Source: Vezdaea acicularis (lineage: Eukaryota). From it: a stretch of 20,000 nucleotides of DNA. Of the stretch, positions 12,347 to 20,000 are shown in pieces. Position numbers and translations under genes: made by a program. Every line of letters starts with the position of its first letter. The first letter of the stretch is position 1. The notes below the pieces were generated by a model. The model was given only the letters and a program-made list of their open reading frames with translations. It was not told where the DNA came from and did not search any database. The stretch is taken from contig JAPEUI010000035.1 of the NCBI GenBank assembly GCA_026025075.1, positions 120,005 through 140,004 on the forward strand. The letters run 5' to 3'.

Positions 12347-15033
12347 ATGGGTATTCAGAAAAAAGTTTGTCTCTCAGAATGCATCTTTCGTTTTTCTTCT
12401 AAAATTACATCTGCAGCATGGAAAAGGTCGACTGGACAAGTGGTATAAGCTTGCGAAGGAGAAAGGCTACAGGGCAAGAGCTGCGTTCAAATTGATCCAA
12501 CTCAACAAGAAGTATGGTTTTCTGGAGAAGAGCAAGGTCCTGCTGGACCTTTGCGCCGCGCCTGGAGTAAGCCAATTTCCACCAAGTCACCTGTGTAACA
12601 TGCTCATGGGCCCCGTCTAGTCATGGTGTCAAGTAGCCGCGGAGACCATGCCAGCAGGCGGTCTTATAGTTGGTGTAGATCTTGCCCCTATAAAGCCGAT
12701 CCCAAGGACGATTACATTTCAAAGCGATATAAGGACGGACAAATGTCGGGCTACGATCCGACAACACCTCAAAACGTGGAAGGCAGATACTGTGCTTCAT
12801 GATGGGGCACCCAACATTGGTACCGCCTGGGTGCAGGATGCATTTTCACAAGCAGAGCTTGCGCTTCAAGCTATGAAGCTCGCAACAGAATTCCTCGTTA
12901 AGGGTGGAACATTTGTAACGAAGGTGTTCCGGTCAAAGGATTACAACAGCTTGATGTGGGTATTCAATCAATTGTTCGAAAAGGTAGAGGCTACGAAGCC
13001 ACCATCATCCAGAAACGTTTCGGCGGAGATATTTGTTGTCTGCCGTGGTTTTAAAGCACCCAAGCGCATCGACCCAAGGTTCTTAGATGCACGATCTGTT
13101 TTCGCAGAACTTGCTGACTCAACACCAAACAATGAAGCAAAGGTCTTTAACCCCGAAAAGAAGAAGCGGAAAAGAGACGGGTACGAAGAAGGAGACTATA
13201 CTCAGTTCAAGGAAGCCACTGTGAGCGAATTCATCCAGACAACGGACCCAATTGCTATGCTTGGAGGACTGAACAAATTGAGCTTTGGGCAAACTTCAAA
13301 CGGTGACATCGCGTTAGCCGCAATTGGGAAGCTTCCCGAAACTACGGACGAGATCAGGGAATGTTGCGGTGATCTGAAAGTTTTGGGCCGGAAGGAATTC
13401 CGGTCTCTTCTTAAATGGAGGCTCAAGGTTCGGGAAAGGTTCGGACTAGGACCGAAGAAGCTCACTGGCGAAGAGAAAGATGAAGGAGAGGCAGTAACAG
13501 AGATTGAACCTATGGATGAAGAACTTCAGATCCAAGCCGAGCTTCAGCAGCTGAACGAGCAGGCAAGCTCACGGAAGAAAAGAGATCGAAGGCGTGAGAA
13601 TGAAAAGAAACAGCGCGAAATAGTCCGCATGCAATTGCATATGACAGCGCCCACTGAGATTGGTCTCGAGCAGTCTGGCCCGAATGGTGAAGATGCGATG
13701 TTCGCGTTAAGGACTGTTGATAAGGCGGGAGCTTTGCGTCAAATGATGAAGGGGAATACAGCTCTATCTCGTGAAGGTGTGGAAAATGAAAGGCTAGGTA
13801 GCGATGAAGAAAACCGAGGCAGTGACCACGAGGCGAGTGACGTCGAGGAAGACGCGCTAGAGAGAGAACTAGACTCTATGTATGAGCTGTACAGAGAGCG
13901 AAGATCTGAGACAGATGTGAAGTACAGGGCAAAGAAGGCAAGAAAAGAGAATCACGACGGCGACTGGGAAGGGTTTTCTGAGGGAGATCGAAGTAGCATA
14001 AGCGGAAGCTTGCGAGAAGATTCGGAGAGCTTAGAGGACTCTTCAGATGATGAGCTTATGGGCGACGACCAACCACTCATCAGTAAACTTACAATACGAG
14101 AATCCGATCAGGATGGGCTTACGCATCGTGCAGCAGCATTCTTCAGCCAGGAGATGTTTAGGGACATATCCGGGCTTGAAGATGAACCTCATGAGCTCGA
14201 GAAGTCCGTTGATCAAGCAGACGACACTTCTGTCAATCACCCCACCGTCTCACATGTCAACGTTGTTGCAGAGTGTCAGATCAGACCATCAGAGGATAAC
14301 GTTCTCGAAATGCCCAGGCTTTCGGATGCTTCGAGCAGCGGAGATGATGCCTTTGAGATCGTAAAGTCACATAAAGACAGGGAGAGGAATGAAGGCCAGG
14401 GTGAGCCACGTAATAATGGCAAGATGGGTAATCAGATATTGAGATCATTAATCATAGCTACATGCTAATAATCTCTTAGATATTGATATCATCACTGCAG
14501 AAGCTATGACCTTAGCGCATCAACTAGCGTCGGGCGAGAGAACCACTCGAGACCTAACAGATGAAGGATTCAATAAGTACGCATTCCTCGACAGAGACGG
14601 CTTGCCAGAGTGGTTTCTTGACGATGAGGGTCGACACAGCAAGCCTCATCGTCCGGTCACCGCAGCTGCTGCTGCTGCCATTAAGGAGAAGCTGCGTGCT
14701 TTGAATGCAAGACCCATCAAGAAAGTAAGAGAAGCAAAAGATCGGAAAAAGTTCAAAGCGGCGCAAAGACTAGAGAAGATGAGAAAAAAATCGGCTCTCA
14801 TGGCGGACGACGAGGGCCTTACGGAGAAGGATAAGGCTCAAAACATTGCGAAGATGATGAGCAAAGCAGCAAAGAAAAGACCGAAGCAACAAGTGAAGGT
14901 CGTTGTTGCTCGAGGAGGAAACAAAGGTATCTCGGGAAGGCCACGGGGCGTGAAAGGTAAATACAAGATTGTTGATGCTCGACTTAAAAAGGACGTACGA
15001 GCAGAGAAGCGAATCGCAAGGAAGCGGAAATAA
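12347..15033 (+). CDS. SPB1: AdoMet-dependent 27S pre-rRNA 2'-O-methyltransferase Spb1 (FtsJ family), about 842 aa, 4 exons
   Basis: Exons 12347-12364, 12417-12566, 12621-14427, 14480-15033 (GT..AG, in phase, 2529 nt). [39 protein letters not shown]-binding [32 protein letters not shown], and the C-terminal NARPIKKV...[13 protein letters not shown]. Confidence 0.97.
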
Positions 15034-15359
15034 GGGAGGGTTTCGAGCTTCTCAATAAAACCTTTAAAGGAGGAGCCGAAATCCTTGGTCTGTTGCAATA
15101 TGATAAGTAGCAGCAAATCATAATTGAAAATAGCCTGTCTAATCATCTTGACCTGTTTCCCAATACAAGGATGGGCAGTAAAGTAATTTGGCTTCGTTCT
15201 TCTGAAAGCCTTGGGCCCTCAAAGGTGAACGGTTCCCCTCTGCTGATAATGTGAAATATGCGAACGTGTCCTCCCGAAAATGTCTTTAGGAAATAGTCAT
15301 TCTTGCAGATATTTTACCCAAACCAGAAAACATGAATATGCCCTTCAGCAGAACGTGTA

Positions 15360-15900
15360 GATAAGTATATGATGATACGTGAGTTATTTTTTTATTAAAT
15401 AATTTCATTTTTTACAAAATATTATTGATCAATGCAAAATTAAAAGAAAGATTTTATTTGAATATTTGTATATTATAGATATTTAATTGTTCTTATTGAA
15501 TTGAATAAGAGTTCCACAATAAATGCAAAAACTAGATTGAAGATTTGCTCACAAATAGAATGATAAAATGAATTAAGTATTTTATTTTATTATATTTAAA
15601 ATGTTAACAACATAAGAACTTTTTATATAATTCTAGATTAAAAGTAAGCTAAAGTTATTATCTTTTACCTATATCAAAAGAATATATTCAATATATACTG
15701 TAAATAATACAAAATAAATGATTAAGAAATATATAATTAAGTGCAAAAAGATTAATATATATATTTCATTTTGGATGATGGATTTTTTTTGATATTTATT
15801 ATTATTTTAAATGTAATCTTTTAAAACACTACAAATGTATCTAATGAAAGCCTAGTAAAAATTCAACTTTAAACAGTCAAAAAACATTATATTTGTAAAC
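15360..15900. other. AT-rich, TpA-rich tract, possibly a heavily RIP-mutated repeat relic
   Basis: Abrupt drop in GC with many TATA/TTAA runs and no ORF. It sits between the gene block and the transposon nest. Confidence 0.55.
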
Positions 15901-17298
15901 TGCTTGACACCAAACTACCCCGTCCGGTTTAGCCACCGCTCCATTGAGAAAGGCGCCTCGCTTCGCTCGGTGCCGCTTTGTCAACACCACCGGTTGTGAT
16001 ATCGTTCAAACCTCCATCGCTCTTTTTAACATAAACACTCGTCGTTCCCTCCCCCTTCTGTCCCAACACGACTGCGTTGCAATTTCACTATGACTGCCTG
16101 TTCATGCACTGCGCTCTCCGCCCTGTCTCAGCTCCCCTCCTGCTGTCTACGTCAGCTCAACGGCGCTGGCGATTGAGCAATAGCTCGCCGATTGAGCTTT
16201 TCCGCCGTCTGGCCTCGAACCCTCGGTTCCCCCCCCCTCTGAACCGTCTTGTCATGCGATGAGCTGACGTCGCAAATGTAGCGCTAACGTGTCCTCACAG
16301 CTTCAATTGGACCGTCTCGTCCGGCGCAATGTTGCCGCAAGGCAGCTTTCAGGAGCCGTCTTGCCCTGGGACGCTTGCTTACCACTGATCAAGGCATTGT
16401 TGCACTCACAACTCCTCTCGATCTGATGCGTCATCTAACAAGGCCGTGCAACGGACCGGGATCGGTGAATCAGCAATGACAAACGAGCATCGAACATCGA
16501 CTATCAAGAATCGAGAAATCGAGAAATCGAGACATGACGATTAAATGGAAAGAATTGATGATTTGGCTGCTGATGATCGAGACGTGAGGAGGATGTGTGG
16601 TAATCTGCCGGATGAGGGGAACTTGAGAAACAGGAGCAAGAAGCTGACGTCTTGACTGAACTTGGCCGCAGCAAGTCCCTAGCGCAGAGAGCAATGTTGA
16701 TAATGCGTCTTGTCATCCAGCTCTGATACTAAACAGATGGAGCATCTGCTGCTCTTTCTCAATCTTCGACAGTCAATATCCCAGCCGCCTTGTTATGGCT
16801 TTCCTGTCTGCCTTATTCTATTGCCCCAGCACGACAAGAATGTACCAAGCAGCATGATGATGGGCTTGGGCACCAGCGCCACCGTGAATTACTTCTATCT
16901 TGAGAGCGTGGAAAGCTGCCTTGGTCAAATATTGAGCTTACGTGGCTTTCTCTGACATAGCAAATCAAAACCTGATGATAGCCATTGGAACTGCAGTAGA
17001 CTGACACGCAGGTGATAGCAATCGGTGTTTTTATCAAGAAAAACGCAGCTCTTCTTTTTATACAATCCCTACAATGCTGGAAGCGCTTTGAGATTGCGAT
17101 ACACGGAGGCATGACGGCTGAGCTTCCTGAATCGTATGGCCTCTCTGCATGAAATCACGTCATGGCTTTTGCAGTGCTCAGCTGAAATCTCAGAGAAATA
17201 TAAAAGCTCGCTCCTCCCTCTCTGGATGAGCTGCGTTCTACATCATATCCTATCATTCTCGACCATCAAATATTTTCACACAACAAAGCACCCTTTAC

Positions 17299-17700
17299 TG
17301 TAAGGATAGGCCAGTGCTTCGTCAGGGAGCGAGGGTCTGTAGGCATGTGAGCTAACTTCCAAGGACTTAAGAACTTGCAGACAAAGACTAGGTGCAGTGA
17401 TAGTAGCTGGGGCGAGGCAAGATGAGGCAAGACAAGATAGAACGAAGGTCAGACAAATCAAAGCGAGGATGCCTTCCTACTAGTTATTCAGATGAATAGA
17501 TGAGTTGATTGCTGAAGAGCTATCCTAAGGGAAGCGGCAGCTCTAATAGCTGCGCTTGTCTGTATCAGGTGATCTAAAGACCACCTGACCTTATGCTAGG
17601 TGCTAGGGGGCTGGGCAAAGCAGAAGCAAAAGCTAGCCCTCCTACCCCTTACTCATCCCAAAGGGCTTGATAGAAGCTAAGGGCTAATATAGTTATTATA
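17299..17700. mobile_element. Solo LTR, family A copy 1 (402 bp)
   Basis: Starts TGTAAGGA and ends gttattaTA (transition-mutated form of gtcattgCA in copy 2). Aligns end to end with 17751-18173. Flanks TTTAC and TTAGT do not form a target-site duplication. Confidence 0.85.
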
Positions 17701-17701
17701 T

Positions 17702-18278
17702 TAGTCGCCCTTGCAAGTTTTAATTGGACAACACTGGATTAGAAATTTTATGTAAGGACAGGCCAGTGCTTTGTCAGGGAGCGAGGGTCTGTAGGCGTGT
17801 GAGCTAACTCCCAAGGACTCAAGAACTTGCAGACGAAGACTAGGTGCAGTGATAGTAACTGGGGCGAGGTAAGACGAGGCAAGGCAAGATAGGAGAAGGG
17901 TCAGACGAAGCAAAGCGAGGATGTCTTCCTACTAGTTATTCAGATGAATAGATGAGTTGATTGCTGAAAAGCTATCTTAAGGGAAGCGGCAGCTCTAATA
18001 GCTACGCTCGTCTATGTCAGATGATCTAAGAACCACCTGGCCTTATGCTAGATGCTAGGGAGCTAGGCGAAGCAGAAGCAAAGCTGAAGCAAAGCTGCAG
18101 CAAAGCTAGCCTCCTTACCCCTTATTCATCCCAAAAGACTTGATAGAAGCTAGGGGCTAATACAGTCATTGCATTTTATCAATTGACACGACGAGATTAA
18201 ATCAAAATATAACCAGAAATACGATTATCAACGCGCAAAATGCGAAGATCCAGAACTTATTCGTGCTTGGTTTCAGCG
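17702..18278 (+). pseudogene. Fot1/pogo-family (Tc1-mariner superfamily) transposase relic interrupted by a solo LTR
   Basis: Joining 17702-17750 to 18179-18278 (removing the LTR and one TTTTA) gives *SPLQVLIGQHWIRNFIN*HDEIKSKYNQKYDYQRAKCEDPELIRAWFQR. This matches the Fot1-type segment GxxWxxNFxxRH...KYDYQRAKCEDP..I..WF after the CENP-B HTH. Stops at 17702 (TAG) and 18184 (TGA, where CGA/Arg is expected). Confidence 0.88.
17751..18173. mobile_element. Solo LTR, family A copy 2 (423 bp), with a 5-bp target-site duplication
   Basis: TG...CA termini (TGTAAGGA...CATTGCA) flanked by TTTTA at 17746-17750 and at 18174-18178. Confidence 0.92.
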
Positions 18279-18674
18279 TGTCAGGGCACGGGGTGTCCAG
18301 ATACTGCAAGGACAAGGCGTCCTGGTACGGGTTTATGATGAAAGAGTTGCATTGATTCTATCTAAGGGGATATGCTATATATACGGGCCATCACGTGCCC
18401 GGTCACGACTATCTGGTCAGGACAGCGCGGTAAGCGCTGTCCGTTGCAGGGCAGTCGCATGCCTCATAGCGCTGCTCCTATGGGCAGGCGCTATAAGGAG
18501 GCTGCGTCGGTTAGTATATATTGTCCTTGCTCCCTGCCCCTATAGTGTATTGCTACTCCGTGCCCCTATCCCGCTGTCCCACAACACCATTATACATTTC
18601 TACCACGTGGTAGAGGACGAAGCTACGTTGTTAGTGTTCTATATATCTTATCAACCTTTGAGCATAAGCTAACA
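18279..18674. mobile_element. Probable solo LTR, family B (396 bp)
   Basis: TGTCAG...CTAACA near-inverted termini, TATA-like runs and internal hairpins. It begins where the transposase relic breaks off. No 5-bp TSD (CAGCG versus CGACC). Confidence 0.65.
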
Positions 18675-19463
18675 CGACCAATAGTGCTCTCGAGAATACT
18701 CATGTGCATTGGGGTCTGATCGACAAGGTTCCTTGGGGAAGGCACCTTACAAAGTCAACGCTTCAGGCTCAGTCTTAGATAAAAGCTATTAAGCGCCTGA
18801 TTCCTCCCTTATCCAATAACTCAACATTCGGTGCCGGTGAATGCTCAAAGAGGAGGTTTTGTATTGTTGCGCGCCTGCAAGGTGTTGAGGACGTTGGGCT
18901 ACAATCTACGCATAAGCATAATGGGGTTGGTAGGCGTCATCTGTCAGTATTGGAATGAAGACGACTGAGTGCCGCACTTCTGGGCCTCGCTCTTGTCTAT
19001 CGTTCCAACTAGTGGAGCTAGTGGAACCGCTAGTTTAAAAATTGAACCAAAAGATCCTACCGTGATTGCCATGTCGCACTTCTTTTACGGTGACAGTTGT
19101 ATTCCGTGGTGGCTAAGCTTTCTATTTCCCTGCGAGTTATTACCGCTACTCCTCGAAACGTGCAGGAGCACGATTGTCTAGACGTTGTTGGTCTATAACA
19201 ATTCCTTCAACCTTGCCAACATGAGAGGCTGAATAAATAATCCTTCACCCTTTTACTGACGCGATTGAGAACTTGGTCTGCCCTTAACAACCTATGATGC
19301 AAAGAGTCTCACCAACCATGTGTAAGCTCCCCGTTATTAAAACATGCGTTATAGTTGCGAAGCCGCTGAGCTCGCGGTTACGGAGGCTCGCCTCTATAGG
19401 CGAGCCTGACTAAGCGGTACGTACATAGTCCCCCCCCTAACGTTCTTGCCCCCGAGAACCCCA

Positions 19464-19539
19464 GCTCAGTTATAACTCAGTTATAACTCACTTATAGCTT
19501 AGTTTCACCTCACTTTCAGCTCACTTTTGCCTCATTTCA
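19464..19539. repeat. About 7 copies of a degenerate 11-bp tandem repeat (NCTCASTTWYA)
   Basis: gctcagttata actcagttata actcacttata gcttagtttca cctcactttca gctcacttttg cctcatttca. Confidence 0.85.
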
Positions 19540-19544
19540 CTATC

Positions 19545-20000
19545 ATGGATGCCCAAAGCGTCCCCAGCTCGTCCAAAAGCAACTCGAGCGATTCCACGCA
19601 GCCTGAGCCTCCTATCCAGCCCGGTCCTATGCCAACTCCTTTCGGCCTTGCTACGGCCCAAGTCCCTGTTATCTCGGGCTTCAAGGCGACCGAAAATCAG
19701 CGTCGCCTGTCTGTGAAGCCCGTTCTGCGCCTCCTGATCACCTACGATCGCAAGGGGGAGCTGCTTTTGACTCGAAAAGTCAATATTGAGGCCACCATGA
19801 TCTACATGACCGGCCAGAGGGCAGAAGATGCCTGCGAGTACTGCTCCCAGGCACTCGGATGGCTCGCCGGGTGCGTTTTTGACCCGGCGGTGCTTCAGGG
19901 AGGCTGTGCCAGCTGCGCTCAGCAAGGGGCAACCGTCCGGTGCACTCTACGCACCGGCAGGCTGCTCGCGGCCTCCGCCCAGGCCCCAGCACTCCCCCAG
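19545..20000 (+). CDS. DUF3716-like six-cysteine (putative Zn-binding) protein, 3'-truncated by the window
   Basis: ATG at 19545 and 152 open codons to the window end: MDAQSVPSSS...RKVNIEATMIYMTGQRAEDACEYCSQALGWLAGCVFDPAVLQGGCASCAQQGATVRCTLR. The pattern N.EA.....G......CxxC-x9-C-x10-CxxC-x8-C fits fungal DUF3716 as I recall it. Missing from the ORF track because there is no stop codon in the window. Confidence 0.75.
   Translation, partial: MDAQSVPSSSKSNSSDSTQPEPPIQPGPMPTPFGLATAQVPVISGFKATENQRRLSVKPVLRLLITYDRKGELLLTRKVNIEATMIYMTGQRAEDACEYCSQALGWLAGCVFDPAVLQGGCASCAQQGATVRCTLRTGRLLAASAQAPALPQ

Larger units (their letters stand above)
19321..20000 (-). mobile_element. Probable 3' end of an LTR retrotransposon: 105-bp LTR at 19321-19425, polypurine tract at about 19430-19438, internal region continuing beyond the window
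   Basis: The minus strand reads TTAGGGGGGGGACTA|TGTACG...GAGCTTACA, i.e. a polypurine tract, a 4-nt spacer and a TG...CA unit. This is the usual PPT/3'LTR junction of fungal Ty3/Gypsy elements. The partner LTR and pol are not visible. Confidence 0.65.

Noticed and set aside
16710..16955. Faint resemblance of MMMGLGTSATVNYFYL to a tyrosine recombinase C-terminus (Starship captain or Crypton)
   Set aside because: The catalytic His/Trp and upstream Arg motifs are missing; too weak to support.
17276..17913. Paralogous 61-aa and 70-aa ORFs resembling small secreted peptides
   Set aside because: They are incidental translations of the two LTR copies with non-ATG starts.
17299..18173. A single TRIM-like element (LTR, 50 bp, LTR) or simple tandem duplication
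   Set aside because: Copy 2 has its own TTTTA TSD, the outer flanks do not match, and the 50-bp spacer is transposase sequence with no PBS or PPT.
18675..19320. Possible gene or element interior between LTR B and the short LTR
   Set aside because: No PBS or PPT, frequent stops in the frames examined and no recognisable protein motif.
19464..19539. CRISPR-like array
   Set aside because: 11-bp units without unique spacers, in a eukaryotic context.
19521..19992. Minus-strand ORFs of 134 aa and 70 aa
   Set aside because: Shadow frames of the plus-strand Cys6 ORF, with no integrase or chromodomain motifs.

Overview
Filamentous ascomycete (Pezizomycotina-type) genomic DNA with short GT-AG introns. 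Bases 1-15033 are a dense housekeeping block: the 3' end of an uncharacterised gene, DNA ligase IV (LIG4, 5 exons, minus), an IRS4-like EH-domain protein (plus), a JMJD7-like JmjC hydroxylase (3 exons, minus), a YML020W-like putative alpha/beta hydrolase (5 exons, minus) and the rRNA methyltransferase SPB1 (4 exons, plus). After an AT-rich tract (about 15360-15900) the window becomes a transposon nest. A Fot1/pogo transposase relic is split by a solo LTR with a perfect TTTTA target-site duplication, and is flanked by a second copy of that LTR and by an unrelated LTR. At the right edge is a probable minus-strand LTR retrotransposon 3' end (105-bp LTR plus polypurine tract). It carries an intact antisense ORF (19545 to beyond the window, absent from the ORF track) encoding a DUF3716-like six-cysteine protein; this is the most interesting item. 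All family assignments come from motif recognition, not database searches.
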